DNA from: Candidatus Desulfatibia sp.
GTDB lineage: Bacteria; Desulfobacterota; Desulfobacteria; Desulfobacterales; UBA11574
DNA: 44,451 nucleotides
Assembly (NCBI RefSeq): GCF_036446775.1
Contig: NZ_JAZFTO010000305.1
Coordinates: 1 to 44,451, forward strand
Direction of reading: 5' to 3'
A program made the position numbers and the translations under genes. The notes under the pieces were generated by a model. The model ran no database searches and was not told the DNA's origin. It worked only from the letters and a program-made list of their open reading frames with translations. Numbering within the stretch: the first letter of the stretch is position 1; each line of letters starts with the position of its first letter. This document shows positions 18,887 through 29,952 of the stretch, piece after piece.

Positions 18887-19513
18887 TTACTGATCAGTCC
18901 TTGATTTCTCGCTCCGATATACTTCTTCAAAGAGTTCTTCAGAAGTAGTAATCGCACTGTTGCGTTGCATGGCTGCGGCAATCATCCGCGTGGCATCACT
19001 GGCTCTATGGCCCAACTGAACAACAAGGACATCCATGACCTGTTGGGCAACATCCTCCTCTACCAATATCTTTACTTTCTCCGCTTTGCGGATTAATGCA
19101 AACTTGTCCATTTTACCTTCAAGGGTGGCTATTATTTTGCGAGCAGTCCGTTCACCAATTCCTTTTAATTGCTTTAGCTTTTGTACATCTTTGGCCTCTA
19201 TGGCCCTGGCAATCTCGCGCACAGAAATATCCAGGGCCTTAACCGCCTTCATGGCGCCAATGGCTTCTACCGAAATAAAATGTTGAAAGAATTCTCTCTC
19301 GACTTCAAGATTAAAACCGATCAGTAGCGGCTTGGGTTGGCGCTCGGTCTGCTGATGAAAAATATAAAGGGATATCTTTTCGCCAATAGATTTTGTTCGA
19401 AAGGTCTCCATTACAAAGGCGGGCAGTAAAACCTCATATCCAACCTGGTTGGCCAGCAGGAGTATCTTTTCTCCCTCCTTTTTCAACAATGTGCCTTCAA
19501 GGTAACCGATCAT
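18887..19513 (-). CDS. ruvA: Holliday junction DNA-binding protein RuvA
   Basis: [25 protein letters not shown]; lies between ruvC and ruvB. Confidence 0.95.
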   Translation of the reverse strand: MIGYLEGTLLKKEGEKILLLANQVGYEVLLPAFVMETFRTKSIGEKISLYIFHQQTERQPKPLLIGFNLEVEREFFQHFISVEAIGAMKAVKALDISVREIARAIEAKDVQKLKQLKGIGERTARKIIATLEGKMDKFALIRKAEKVKILVEEDVAQQVMDVLVVQLGHRASDATRMIAAAMQRNSAITTSEELFEEVYRSEKSRTDQ

Positions 19514-19995
19514 TATCTTTTTTTAAAACGAAACAGGCCCAAAAGCGCTAAACCCATCGCATCGGAAGCATGGTAAGGCCGAATAGGTGTTTGCAGTTTT
19601 AATAAATGCCGCACAGCCTTTTCAAGCTGCTTTTTACTGGCATTGCCGTTGCCCGTCAATATCTGTTTGGCCTCGCGTACGGGGACTTCGGCAACTGGTA
19701 CGTCAGCCTTACACCCGGCCAGCAGAACAACACCGTTAACTTTCCCTAAGGTAATGCCTGCCTTTGGAAATTTTATAACGGAAAAAACATCTTCAACTAC
19801 CATAAGATCTGGCTGTGCATCTTCCAAAACCCGCATTAGTCTCGAATAAATTTTTTCAAGACGATGTGGTAAAGATATATTTCTCGGAGTATTAATACTG
19901 CCGAAGGAAAAGTCATCTATCTTAAGCCCGCTGCCCCGGACGATTCCAAAACCAGTAGCAGCCAGCCCTGGATCTATTCCGATAACCGTTACCAT
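19513..19995 (-). CDS. ruvC: Crossover junction endodeoxyribonuclease RuvC
   Basis: IGIDPGLAATGFG, VEDVF, TGNGNASKKQ, HASDA. Confidence 0.96.
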   Translation of the reverse strand: MVTVIGIDPGLAATGFGIVRGSGLKIDDFSFGSINTPRNISLPHRLEKIYSRLMRVLEDAQPDLMVVEDVFSVIKFPKAGITLGKVNGVVLLAGCKADVPVAEVPVREAKQILTGNGNASKKQLEKAVRHLLKLQTPIRPYHASDAMGLALLGLFRFKKR

Positions 19996-20862
19996 TCAAG
20001 GCTTTAACCTTTTTAATTTTTGTTTTGCGATTTTAGCTTCATTCGATTTTGGATACTTTTTTACCAGTTCCGTTAAAATCAGACGGGTGTTGGCTTTGTC
20101 GCCCAGGCTGGCAAAGGCAAAACCCTGCTTGAGAAGAGAGGCCGGAACTTTATTTCCTTTTGGATATTTTTCTATGACTTTCTGGTATTCTAAAATGGCT
20201 TTTTCATACCACTTTTCACGGTAATAGGTTTCACCAAGCCAAAATTGAGCATTATCAGCCTGCGGTGATTTCGGATAACGTTTTAGCAATTGCCCAAATC
20301 CTTCCCGGGCTGTTTCAAAATCATTTTGAGCAAAAGCCTGTCTTGCCGACTTGTAGATTTTGTCTGCTGAAAGTTCTTTTTTAGAAGGAATATCGGATTT
20401 TGTATAGGGCTCTTTTTCAAGTTTTAACTCTGATTCTGTTGTTTCAAGATTGAGGTACTGTTCTATATGTAGAATTCGATCCTTAGTTGAACTTATCATC
20501 TGCTCAATTCTATCAAGTTGTTTTTTTTGCTTGCCTTTTGAACCTTTAAAAGCCTTAATTTTCTGCTTGAGCAGATATTCCGTTTCTTCCAGCTGTCCCC
20601 TTAAGACGCGAATCTCTCCTCTGAGCTGACCGATCAATACATTTTGGCCGGCAGCTCGTTCTCTTAAATCCTGCCCGTTTTTAATGTATTCATCAAGACG
20701 CGATTCAGACTGCCGGCTCCGTTGTTCTGTCGCAGCGCTACGCTCCTCGATCACAGACAGGCGATTGTCAAGGATTAGAACATCCTGCTGTCCGGCACAC
20801 CCTAACAGCATTATCATCCCTAATAAACCAATAACAATGGTTTGAAGTGTACATCGATTCAT
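19996..20862 (-). CDS. cpoB: Tol-Pal TPR lipoprotein CpoB/YbgF
   Basis: Lipobox LLGC, coiled coil, NAQFWLGE...KVPASLLKQG TPRs. Confidence 0.92.
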   Translation of the reverse strand: MNRCTLQTIVIGLLGMIMLLGCAGQQDVLILDNRLSVIEERSAATEQRSRQSESRLDEYIKNGQDLRERAAGQNVLIGQLRGEIRVLRGQLEETEYLLKQKIKAFKGSKGKQKKQLDRIEQMISSTKDRILHIEQYLNLETTESELKLEKEPYTKSDIPSKKELSADKIYKSARQAFAQNDFETAREGFGQLLKRYPKSPQADNAQFWLGETYYREKWYEKAILEYQKVIEKYPKGNKVPASLLKQGFAFASLGDKANTRLILTELVKKYPKSNEAKIAKQKLKRLKP

Positions 20863-20938
20863 TGTATTTATTTTTCCATTCGCCAGGTTTAAAACCTTCG
20901 CCTTTTAGGCGAAAAGCTTTAGCATCATAATGATTTGC

Positions 20939-21107
20939 GGTTAAGGTTCAAGGTTCAGAGGTTCAGAGGTTCAGCCTGCGACGAGCTCAGCCGAGTCGGG
21001 TTCAAAGGTTTAAGGGTTAACGCAGAATCCGAAACCAGAGCGCAGAACCTGTAACGCAGAACCTAGAACGAATAACCCAGAACGCAGAACCCAGAACGGT
21101 GAACCTA
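20939..21107. repeat. Inverted short-period array (GGTTCAGA-type arm, GTTAAC, GCAGAAC-type arm)
   Basis: Directly visible; contains the 24-bp insert cctgcgacgagctcagccgagtcg. Confidence 0.88.
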
Positions 21108-21197
21108 ATTCGTCCAAGTACCTTTCGACTGACTTTCAGTTGGAACAGAAATCTACCTGTTTTAGCAGGTAGTGGTTTAAATTGTCGGTGTTTTACC

Positions 21198-21226
21198 AAA
21201 AAACAGCCCGCCGTAAAAGGCGGGCT
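21198..21226 (-). terminator. Intrinsic terminator downstream of pal
   Basis: Minus strand agcccgcc-ttttac-ggcgggct-gtttttt; a second 11-bp hairpin lies at 21241-21269. Confidence 0.7.
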
Positions 21227-21397
21227 CATGCCTTACATCAGGCAAGCGGCATCCCGTCTGCCGCTTGCCAATTTTCACTATCTTTATAAGCCATTAAGAA
21301 AATTGAAGCTTCCTGCAGTCCCGCTTTAGCAGGATTCGACTGCAAGTAATATCAGCAATTCTTTGACTCACTCACGATTGTGTTCAGCCGGGATATT

Positions 21398-21961
21398 CTA
21401 TTCAAGCGTTAAATGCGCCCGCCTGTTCTTGGCCCAGGCTTCTTCGTTGGAACCATACTCTGCGGGACGTTCTTCGCCGTAACTGATAGTGTTCAGCCGC
21501 GACCCGTAAATGCCAAGATCCATCAAATAGGACTTGGCGCTGTTGGCTCGCCGGTCACCCAGGGCAAGGTTGTATTCGCTGGTCCCGCGCTCATCACAAT
21601 GTCCCTCAATAGTCACTTGAACATTTGGATTCTTCTGCATCCATGCCGCCTTCCATCTCAAAATTTCCTGTGCCTCCGGAAGTAGATCGGATCTGTCAAA
21701 TTCAAAGTGAATGTCTTCATTCAAGAACCTTTCTTGGGCAGCCGCCAGCTTGCGTCTTGCTTCTTCCTGCAAACTTTCTTCTTCCATTCTACGCTGCCTT
21801 TCCGTCTGTTCAGCCTCGCGGGCCTTGATGCGCGCCTCTTCCTCTGCCTGTTGTTGTAAGACAGTTTCATCCTTGACAGTCTTTTTTGCACATGAAACCG
21901 TAAACAGCAATCCGGGGATTACAAATAACAGGGCCAGAATTATCCACATCTTTTTTCGCAT
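21398..21961 (-). CDS. pal: Peptidoglycan-associated lipoprotein
   Basis: Lipobox TVSC, IEGHCDERGTSEYNLALGDRRA, SYGEERP, NRR. Confidence 0.97.
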   Translation of the reverse strand: MRKKMWIILALLFVIPGLLFTVSCAKKTVKDETVLQQQAEEEARIKAREAEQTERQRRMEEESLQEEARRKLAAAQERFLNEDIHFEFDRSDLLPEAQEILRWKAAWMQKNPNVQVTIEGHCDERGTSEYNLALGDRRANSAKSYLMDLGIYGSRLNTISYGEERPAEYGSNEEAWAKNRRAHLTLE

Positions 21962-21989
21962 TTTTCCCTCCTTTTAAAAATATAGTACC

Positions 21990-23315
21990 TTATTTATTTA
22001 TAAGACTTGGTGACCATTTTGGTTCTGTCTGCTTACCCGGCAATGTAAGTAGCCTGCGGTGGTCAGTTCCATAAGCAGTCATAACATAAATTTTTGAGGG
22101 CCCTTCACGAGTCGAGCTGAAGGCAATCAGGCTTCCGTCCGGGGACCACGTCGGCGACTCGCTGTTCCCTTCATCGCTTGTCAATTGAATCGGATCATTG
22201 CCGTCAATGCCTATTACCCAAATATTGCCCCGACCCTTGTCAATGGACGAATATGCTATCTTGTCCCCTTGGGGGGACCAGCTTGGCTGCGTATTGTAAT
22301 GCCCTATAAATGTAAGCCTTTCAGTCCGACCGGATTCTATATTTTTGATATAAATCTGGGGCGTACCTGACCTTTTGGATACAAAGGCCATTTTTTTGCC
22401 ATCAGGGGACCAGGTCGGTGAAACATCAATTCCCCAAGTATATGTTAATCTTTTAATAATTTTCCCGGTTCCGGTCAACAGATAAATTTCCGGGTCGCCC
22501 GAAAATGAAAGGGTCGCCGCCAATTCAAATTTGCCCGGAACCCAGCTAGGAGTTGTATTAATCCCTTTTTTGGCAACAACAGCGCCGCGCTTTTCTTTCA
22601 AGTTTTTAATATAAAGATCCGGGTTGCCGTTGATATATGAGGTGTAAGCGAGCCATTTTCCGTCCGACGACCAAGCCGGCGAAATAGTGATACTCTTTGT
22701 GTCTGTTACTTGTCTGGGATTATAACCGTCAAAATCGGAAATGTAAACTTCCTTATTCCCCGAACCGGTGGAAATAAATGCGATTTCGCTGTTAAAAAAC
22801 CCTCTGTTACCGGTTAAAAAAAATATCACTTCACTACAAAAGCGGCGTACCATTTTACGCTGATCATTAAGCCATCCCTTGTATCTTTTGCCCACCAACA
22901 GCTTTTCTTTAAAAGTGTCGTACAGTCTAAGCTCCATTTCAACCAGATTATCAATAACCAGAATTTGGCCGGTGATCAAAAGCTCTGCGCCGATACCGGT
23001 CCAGTTATGGAAGTTAACTACTGAAGAGACCGATTCGGATTGCGGGTCAACAAAAAAGGCTTCACGGTCAAGCATCTTAAAATAGCCGGTAAATTCCAAA
23101 GTATCGGAGAGTAAATCAGATGCCGGTCGTGCTGCCTGTGCTGCAGTTTTGTCAGGCGACATGTTCTTGAATAAAGGCACAGCAATTGGAATCTTTCTCA
23201 AAAAAGGATTGGTAATATCAATATAATCATACTCTGCTCGGCATACTGCCGGAGCAATAATAATGGACACGATTGTGATCAAAAAAATGGTTTTAAGGCG
23301 TAATACGGTTATCAC
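21990..23315 (-). CDS. tolB: Tol-Pal beta-propeller protein TolB
   Basis: KIPIAVP, repeated P.WSPDG units; GTG start. Confidence 0.95.
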   Translation of the reverse strand: MITVLRLKTIFLITIVSIIIAPAVCRAEYDYIDITNPFLRKIPIAVPLFKNMSPDKTAAQAARPASDLLSDTLEFTGYFKMLDREAFFVDPQSESVSSVVNFHNWTGIGAELLITGQILVIDNLVEMELRLYDTFKEKLLVGKRYKGWLNDQRKMVRRFCSEVIFFLTGNRGFFNSEIAFISTGSGNKEVYISDFDGYNPRQVTDTKSITISPAWSSDGKWLAYTSYINGNPDLYIKNLKEKRGAVVAKKGINTTPSWVPGKFELAATLSFSGDPEIYLLTGTGKIIKRLTYTWGIDVSPTWSPDGKKMAFVSKRSGTPQIYIKNIESGRTERLTFIGHYNTQPSWSPQGDKIAYSSIDKGRGNIWVIGIDGNDPIQLTSDEGNSESPTWSPDGSLIAFSSTREGPSKIYVMTAYGTDHRRLLTLPGKQTEPKWSPSLINK

Positions 23316-24167
23316 CTACTTTACTCCCTTGGGCGTAAATCTCAAGCCGACTATTACAGACGGCCTTGCAACCCCCGGTGGATGCGGACGTACCGGATTC
23401 GATTTGAGGACAGCCTTTTTGGCTGACTCGTCCAAATAGCGGTCCCCGGACCTTTTATCAAACCAGATATCCCTGATTTCACCGCTGGGCATAATTTTAA
23501 AAGCCAGTTTAACTTCAAGATCGCTGCGGCCACCGGCCAACTGCTCAACAAAGGCCCAGTTTTTTTGAATCTGGTAGGCTACTTCAATCCGGTAAATATC
23601 AAGCAGTTCCAATGCCCGCTTTCTACCGGATTCGCCAACGCCCGGCCGAGCCGGACCCTTTAGGGCTTTGTTCTTTTGTTTATCAAGCTCTTCGATCTTA
23701 CCGACTTTATCCCGCAGGCGATCAATCGCTTGGGTAATCTGAGCGGGCCTGGCTTCCTCAACTTTCTTTTCGAGCCTTGTTATGGCACGCTTAATCATCT
23801 TCGAAGACTTGAAGGTCTCTTTTTTGAGAGACTTTTTGATTTTTTTCTTTGGCGCCGCAGAAACAGCTTTGGGCGGCTCCTGGTAAACTTCTGAAGCGGT
23901 TTTAGGCAAATTTTTGGGAACATTTAACTTTTTTTGGGTTTGAACCGGCAACTGCCGGCCCGGCGCCGGTCTCTTTTCCTGGGCGGGCAATGTAACCATG
24001 CTGACATTTATCACTGAAAGCGTAGGCATTCTCTCCATTTTAAAGCCGGGGGTAAAAATCAACATCCCGAAAAAAACGACATGGAATATGCTTGAAAGTG
24101 TAAAAAATATCAAGAATGGACGGGATTTATTCCCGATTCCTTGAGACCAAAATACTTGAGAATGCAT
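23316..24167 (-). CDS. tolA: TolA/TonB-like energy transducer
   Basis: TM with S...H (SSIFH), Lys/Pro-rich linker, IQKNW...SGDRYLDESAKKAV; lies between tolR and tolB. Confidence 0.8.
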   Translation of the reverse strand: MHSQVFWSQGIGNKSRPFLIFFTLSSIFHVVFFGMLIFTPGFKMERMPTLSVINVSMVTLPAQEKRPAPGRQLPVQTQKKLNVPKNLPKTASEVYQEPPKAVSAAPKKKIKKSLKKETFKSSKMIKRAITRLEKKVEEARPAQITQAIDRLRDKVGKIEELDKQKNKALKGPARPGVGESGRKRALELLDIYRIEVAYQIQKNWAFVEQLAGGRSDLEVKLAFKIMPSGEIRDIWFDKRSGDRYLDESAKKAVLKSNPVRPHPPGVARPSVIVGLRFTPKGVK

Positions 24168-24169
24168 TT

Positions 24170-24595
24170 TTACTTCGTGCCTTTATCCTCTTGCTCGAGC
24201 GGCTCGGTTACCATGCCCAGTTTTTCAACTCCGGCCCCTTTTATCTCGGACATAACAAAGACCACAACACCATATGAAATATCTTTATCCGCCCGCAGAA
24301 AAACTTCCCGATCCTCACGGCCTTCAAAAATTTTTATCAATTTCTCCCGAAGAAAATCAAGCTCAACCTGATAGTCGTTGATGTATACCTGATTCTGCTT
24401 ATTGATTGTAATGATCAGATGCTCTTTCCGGGGAATAAGCTGCTCAGAATTTGTTTCCGGCAAAACAACGTCTACTCCCTGCATCATCATTGGCGCCGTA
24501 ACCATAAAAATAACCAGCAGTACCAGCATGACATCTACAAACGGTGTTACATTGATATCGGACATAAGACGGTCACTGCTGCTCTCAATCGCCAT
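24170..24595 (-). CDS. tolR: TolR
   Basis: [31 protein letters not shown]. Confidence 0.93.
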   Translation of the reverse strand: MAIESSSDRLMSDINVTPFVDVMLVLLVIFMVTAPMMMQGVDVVLPETNSEQLIPRKEHLIITINKQNQVYINDYQVELDFLREKLIKIFEGREDREVFLRADKDISYGVVVFVMSEIKGAGVEKLGMVTEPLEQEDKGTK

Positions 24596-25332
24596 TAATC
24601 ACCACCCTTTCCATTCAAGATGTCTCGTTCAATAATATTTAAAAAATCTGCTGAAAAATTTTGCAATTCAACCTCGAACGTCCTTATTTTATGTATAAAA
24701 TGATTAAAGGCGATCACCGCCGGTATTGCAGCTGCCAACCCGGCGGCAGTTGCAATAAGCGCTTCGGAAATGCCGGGAGCCACCACGGCAAGGCTGGCGG
24801 AACCCTTCAGCCCGATACCATGAAAAGAGTTCATTATACCCCATACGGTCCCGAATAAACCGATAAAAGGTGTTGTATTGCCGGTTGTTGCCAGGAAAGG
24901 AACCATCTGGGTCATCTGAGTTGTTTCCTCATTTGTTGCCCGGCGCAAGGCTCGCTTTATATTATCAGTCCCGGCAAATCTTGAACTTAAAGAGGGATTT
25001 GCCGCTTCGGATGATTGCGGCGGTTGCGATGTGGCCAAATGGCCGGATGGACTTAACTTTTTAAGTTCTATATATCCAACGCGAAAAACCCTGGCAATGG
25101 GACTGCCTCGAAGCTGCTTGGCTTTCGCAAAAGCATCGGAGAGATCCCTGCTTTTCCAGAAAAAATCCGTAAAAATTGCTGATTCTTTATATGCCCGTTT
25201 TATATACTGATATTTCATGATCATAATCGCCCATGACGTGATGGAAAAAAAGAGCAGCAGTATCAGTACAAACTTAACCATCAACCCGGCGTTCATAACA
25301 ATGTTGATTAAATCCATGTCTACAGAGAACAT
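24595..25332 (-). CDS. tolQ: TolQ
   Basis: [36 protein letters not shown]. Confidence 0.95.
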   Translation of the reverse strand: MFSVDMDLINIVMNAGLMVKFVLILLLFFSITSWAIMIMKYQYIKRAYKESAIFTDFFWKSRDLSDAFAKAKQLRGSPIARVFRVGYIELKKLSPSGHLATSQPPQSSEAANPSLSSRFAGTDNIKRALRRATNEETTQMTQMVPFLATTGNTTPFIGLFGTVWGIMNSFHGIGLKGSASLAVVAPGISEALIATAAGLAAAIPAVIAFNHFIHKIRTFEVELQNFSADFLNIIERDILNGKGGD

Positions 25333-25403
25333 AATAACTCCGGTTTTTCATAACACCTGCGTGCCTAAAACATACTTCAATAACAGGTAGTTTTAAATAT
25401 AAA

Positions 25404-25432
25404 AGCGTATATGAACCCGGATAGAGTGTCAA
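25404..25432 (-). promoter_or_regulatory. Sigma70-like promoter of the tol-pal operon
   Basis: Minus strand TTGACA-N17-TACGCT, ~70 bp upstream of tolQ. Confidence 0.55.
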
Positions 25433-25553
25433 GGAATTTGGTTGCTCTTGACATTGCTTGTAATTATTGTTTTGTTTGATAACCAGCCTGTCAATAGGCA
25501 TAAAAACAGATCCGGAATATCGGTTAAAAATGACAGGCGGAAAGGGGGAATGT

Positions 25554-26123
25554 ATGAGAAACATCGCCAACCTTCTGTTTAAAGCCAAAATTTTAAAGGA
25601 TATCCCCAGATCGGGCTATCATTTTCTGGGCGTGGGGAAGGAATCTGTAGCTGAACATTCATTTGGCACGGTCTTTATTGCCTATGTCATGTCTCAGCTG
25701 GAGCCTGATGTCGATGCCCTGAGACTGATAAGTATGTGCCTGGTGCATGATCTTCCCGAGGCCAAAACCGGCGACCTGAACTATGTCCAAAAAAAATACG
25801 TAACCGTCCACGAAAAAAAAGCCGTGGCTGATATAACCCGCAGCCTTCCGTTTGGGTCTGATCTCGCCGATCTTATCCATGAATTTAATGAAGGCCGGTC
25901 TCTGGAAGCCAAGCTTGCGCGAGATGCGGATCAACTCGCTTTTATTTTGGAGTTGAAGGCCCTGGCGGACATCGGCTACAATCCGCCAAATAAATGGCTC
26001 CCTTTTGCGTTAAAACGTCTGGAAACAAAAATCGGTAAAGATCTGGCGCAAAGCATAATGGAAACGGCCTGGGATGCCTGGTGGTTCGAAAATCACGTTG
26101 ATAGACCCGACAAGAATAACTAA
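25554..26123 (+). CDS. HD-domain phosphohydrolase (5'-deoxynucleotidase-like)
   Basis: LKDIPRSG, ESVAEHS, LVHDLPEA.TGD, ARDADQL; start probably ATG 25554. Confidence 0.9.
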   Translation: MRNIANLLFKAKILKDIPRSGYHFLGVGKESVAEHSFGTVFIAYVMSQLEPDVDALRLISMCLVHDLPEAKTGDLNYVQKKYVTVHEKKAVADITRSLPFGSDLADLIHEFNEGRSLEAKLARDADQLAFILELKALADIGYNPPNKWLPFALKRLETKIGKDLAQSIMETAWDAWWFENHVDRPDKNN

Positions 26124-26179
26124 ATTTTATACTTGCACTCGTCTGGTAGCAAAAAGTAATCTAAATATCGGAGGAAAAG

Positions 26180-26821
26180 ATGAATTGGCTGATAAACACT
26201 CTGGGGACTTCCATCGGAAAAAAGCTGATGATGGCCATAACCGGTCTGTGTTTCTGCTGCTTTCTGGTTTTACATCTTGCCGGCAATCTAATGCTTTACG
26301 GCGGAAAAGATCTTTTTAACGCTTACGCTGCGCACCTGAATTCATTGGGTCCCCTTCTCACCGTATTTGAATGGATCTTGTTGACCCTGGCAATCATCCA
26401 TGTATTGACAGGTGCAACACTCTTTTATCAAAATTATAGATCAAGGCCGGTCGGATATGCCGTCAACAAAAGAGCCGGAGGCCGCAGCCTGGGGTCGGCA
26501 ACCATACCTTATACCGGTTTTGCCCTGTTAGCATTTATCATTTTTCACCTGATAAATTTTCGTTTTACGGATAAAACCAACACGACCATCTATCAAATTG
26601 TCGCCAGCGCATTTACAGACCCGGTCTATGTTTTCATATATGTGGCCGCCATGATCGTTGCGGCAATTCATGTCAGCCATGGATTGTGGAGCGCTTTTCA
26701 GACCATCGGGGCCAATCATCCCAAATACATGCCCATTATCACGGCAGCTAGCATCATCTTCAGCTTGATTGTCGGGATCGGCTTTGGGTTTATCCCCATA
26801 TATTTTACGTTTATTTCTTAA
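26180..26821 (+). CDS. sdhC: Succinate dehydrogenase/fumarate reductase cytochrome b subunit
   Basis: SIGKKLMMAITG, HLAGN, four heme-type His, HGLWSAFQT. Confidence 0.92.
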   Translation: MNWLINTLGTSIGKKLMMAITGLCFCCFLVLHLAGNLMLYGGKDLFNAYAAHLNSLGPLLTVFEWILLTLAIIHVLTGATLFYQNYRSRPVGYAVNKRAGGRSLGSATIPYTGFALLAFIIFHLINFRFTDKTNTTIYQIVASAFTDPVYVFIYVAAMIVAAIHVSHGLWSAFQTIGANHPKYMPIITAASIIFSLIVGIGFGFIPIYFTFIS

Positions 26822-26825
26822 AGTA

Positions 26826-27138
26826 CAGACCTCATAATTTATTATTTAAAAATAACTATAAGAATTTAAAATGACATGGATTTACATGAAAATTGGACAT
26901 CAGATCGGTCTGGGTTATAAGGTTCAGCCTGCGACGAGCTCAGCCGAGTCGGGTTCCCGGTTCAAGGTTAAGCGCTTAGCGCTTTTTCCCTTAACCATTG
27001 ATTCCATAGGGGTAATTAAATGAGGGGATCAACCTCTGAACCTTTGAACGTTGAACCTTTGAACCCAATTCTTTGATTAGAAGTGGCGCGTTTTGTCCAA
27101 AATATTGCACTATAATATGCTATAACTTACGAGGTCTG
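26826..27138. mobile_element. MITE-like element, copy B (313 bp), inside the sdh operon
   Basis: CAGACCTCAT...ACGAGGTCTG ends; long near-identical stretches shared with copy A. Confidence 0.82.
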
Positions 27139-27175
27139 AATTTGCAGTTTCAGATCCGTTGCAAAAGGAAAAATT

Positions 27176-29089
27176 ATGGCGCTTAATGCCAACATTCCCG
27201 GAGGGCCGCTTGCTGAAAAGTGGGATCGACACCGTTTCGAACTTAAACTTGTTAATCCGGCCAACAAAAAAAAGTTTAACATCATCGTCGTTGGTACAGG
27301 GCTTGCGGGCGGCAGTGCCTCTGCATCGCTGGCCGAGCTGGGCTACCGGGTCAAAACTTTTTGCATTCAGGACAGCCCACGGCGTGCTCACAGCATTGCC
27401 GCCCAGGGAGGCATTAACGCCGCTAAAAATTACACTAATGAAGGCGACAGCATCCAACGTCTTTTTTACGACACCATCAAAGGCGGCGATTTCAGGGCCA
27501 GGGAGGCCAATGTCTATCGCCTGGCCCAGATAAGCAACAGTATTATCGATCAATGCGTTGCTCAGGGGGTCCCCTTTGCCCGTGATTACGGAGGACTGCT
27601 TGCCAACCGCAGTTTTGGCGGATCCCAGGTATCCCGGACGTTTTACACCCGGGGACAGACCGGGCAACAACTTCTGCTGGGTGTTTACAGCGCTTTATCA
27701 CGGCAGATAGCTGCCGGAAACGTCAAAATGTTTACCCGCCGTGAAATGCTGGATCTTGTTGTTGTAAATGGCCAGGCCAGGGGAATTGTCGCCCGCAATC
27801 TGATTACAGGCCGAATCGAACGTTTTGCTGCCGATGCCGTGGTGTTAGCCACCGGGGGCTATAGCAATGTGTTTTTTCTGTCCACTAATGCCATGGCATC
27901 CAACGTCAGCGCTATCTATCGGGCATACAAACGCGGCGCTTTTTTCGCTAATCCCTGTTTCACCCAAATTCATCCAACCTGTATTCCCGTGCACGGGATC
28001 TATCAATCCAAACTGACATTGATGAGTGAAAGCTTAAGAAATGACGGCCGGGTCTGGGTGCCGAAAAATCCCGGAGACAAACGCCCGCCCGGCCAGATTC
28101 CCGAGGCTGAAAGAGATTATTACCTGGAAAATAGATACCCAAGCTTCGGCAACCTGGTCCCGCGGGATGTGGCTTCGCGCAATGCCAAGGCCCAGTGCGA
28201 CATGGGAAAAGGGGTGGGCAAAACCGGCTTGGCGGTTTATCTAGACTTTGAAGATGCCATCAAAACGGATGGAGAAGCCGTCATTGGCCAAAAATACGGC
28301 AATCTTTTTCAGATGTATGAAAAAATCACGGCCTCCAACCCTTATAAAGAACCCATGATGATCTACCCGGCGATTCATTACGCCATGGGGGGACTGTGGG
28401 TCGACTATAATCTTATGAGCACCATTCCGGGACTCTTTGTCCTTGGTGAAGCCAACTTTTCAGACCATGGTGCCAACCGTCTGGGTGCCAGCGCCCTGAT
28501 GCAGGGACTGGCAGACGGCTATTTCATCATCCCATACACCATTGGCGGCTATCTTGCCGGCACGGCCCTCCCGGAAGTAACAACCGATCATGCGGCCTTC
28601 GAATCCGTATCCACGGAAGCAAAAGACCGCGTTGCCAGGTTGCTGGCCGTAAACGGCAAGCGTACCGTTGATGATTTCCATAGACAGCTTGGCCACATTC
28701 TCTGGGAATACTGCGGTATGTCAAGAAACGAAGCGGGGCTGTTGAAAGCACAAAAACTTATCCAAGAGCTGCGCTCGGAATTCTGGCAAAACGTTATTGT
28801 CCCGGGCTCTGATAAAGATTTCAATCAGAGTCTTGAGCGGGCCGGACGGGCGGCCGATTTTCTTGAGTTCGCCGAGTTGATGGTCATCGACGCCCACGGC
28901 CGCAAGGAATCCTGCGGTTGTCACTTAAACGAAGCCTATCAAACCGAGGACAATGAGGCCTTGCGTGACGATAAAAATTACAGCTTCGTCGCTGCCTGGG
29001 AGTTTGCAGGAAATGACAAAGCACCGCATCTTAACGAGGAACCGCTTAACTTTGAGAACGTCGAATTAACCCAAAGGAGTTACAAGTGA
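27176..29089 (+). CDS. sdhA: Succinate dehydrogenase/fumarate reductase flavoprotein
   Basis: [38 protein letters not shown]. Confidence 0.96.
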   Translation: MALNANIPGGPLAEKWDRHRFELKLVNPANKKKFNIIVVGTGLAGGSASASLAELGYRVKTFCIQDSPRRAHSIAAQGGINAAKNYTNEGDSIQRLFYDTIKGGDFRAREANVYRLAQISNSIIDQCVAQGVPFARDYGGLLANRSFGGSQVSRTFYTRGQTGQQLLLGVYSALSRQIAAGNVKMFTRREMLDLVVVNGQARGIVARNLITGRIERFAADAVVLATGGYSNVFFLSTNAMASNVSAIYRAYKRGAFFANPCFTQIHPTCIPVHGIYQSKLTLMSESLRNDGRVWVPKNPGDKRPPGQIPEAERDYYLENRYPSFGNLVPRDVASRNAKAQCDMGKGVGKTGLAVYLDFEDAIKTDGEAVIGQKYGNLFQMYEKITASNPYKEPMMIYPAIHYAMGGLWVDYNLMSTIPGLFVLGEANFSDHGANRLGASALMQGLADGYFIIPYTIGGYLAGTALPEVTTDHAAFESVSTEAKDRVARLLAVNGKRTVDDFHRQLGHILWEYCGMSRNEAGLLKAQKLIQELRSEFWQNVIVPGSDKDFNQSLERAGRAADFLEFAELMVIDAHGRKESCGCHLNEAYQTEDNEALRDDKNYSFVAAWEFAGNDKAPHLNEEPLNFENVELTQRSYK

Positions 29090-29850
29090 TAAAAACCATT
29101 AATATTACACTAAAAGTCTGGCGCCAAAAGAGTTCCGATGTCAAGGGCGGTTTTGTAACCTATCATGCTACAAATATTTCCACGGACATGTCCTTTTTAG
29201 AGATGCTCGATGTCGTCAACGAACAGTTGACCCTGAACGGCAAAGATCCGATTGCTTTTGATCATGACTGCCGGGAAGGCATTTGCGGGATGTGCGGAGC
29301 CGTTGCGAACGGTCGGGCCCACGGTTCTGAAAAGGGAACAACCCTGTGCCAGCTTCATATGCGGCATTTTTCGGACCAGGATACCATTGTCGTCGAACCC
29401 TGGCGGTCAAGAGCGTTCAAGCTCATTAAAGATCTGGTGGTTGACCGCAGTGCCTTTGACAAAATCATTCAGGCCGGTGGATATATTTCCGTCAACACCG
29501 GTGCGGCACCGGAAGCCAATACCATCCCCGTACCCCAGGAAATAGCCGAAAAAGCGATGGATGCCGCGGCCTGTATCGGCTGCGGAGCCTGTGTGGCCTC
29601 CTGCCCTAACGCTGCGGCCATGCTTTTCGTTGGCGGCAAGATATCTCAACTTGCTCTGCTGCCCCAGGGAAAACCTGAAGCAGCCCAACGTGCATTGTCC
29701 ATGGTCAGGACCATGGATGCACTCAATTTTGGAAACTGCACCAACGAAAGAGAATGCGAAGCAGAATGTCCCAAGAAGATATCAATTACCAATATCGCCC
29801 GCATGAACCGCGAATTTATCAAGGCGAGTATAGTCTCAGCCGTTAAATAG
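29086..29850 (+). CDS. sdhB: Succinate dehydrogenase/fumarate reductase Fe-S subunit
   Basis: [33 protein letters not shown]. Confidence 0.96.
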   Translation: MIKTINITLKVWRQKSSDVKGGFVTYHATNISTDMSFLEMLDVVNEQLTLNGKDPIAFDHDCREGICGMCGAVANGRAHGSEKGTTLCQLHMRHFSDQDTIVVEPWRSRAFKLIKDLVVDRSAFDKIIQAGGYISVNTGAAPEANTIPVPQEIAEKAMDAAACIGCGACVASCPNAAAMLFVGGKISQLALLPQGKPEAAQRALSMVRTMDALNFGNCTNERECEAECPKKISITNIARMNREFIKASIVSAVK

Positions 29851-29952
29851 TTCCCATCCATAAATGGCTATTTTTCCGATGAGCGGTCTTACAGCGAAAA
29901 ATCCCCAGCCCCTTAATCATCAAGTTTTACCAGATTTTCGTATATCTGTGGT

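Noticed and set aside
19513-19995. RuvC with His in place of a catalytic Asp (HASDA)
   Set aside because: A His at this position is a known natural RuvC variant, so it is not evidence of inactivation or novelty
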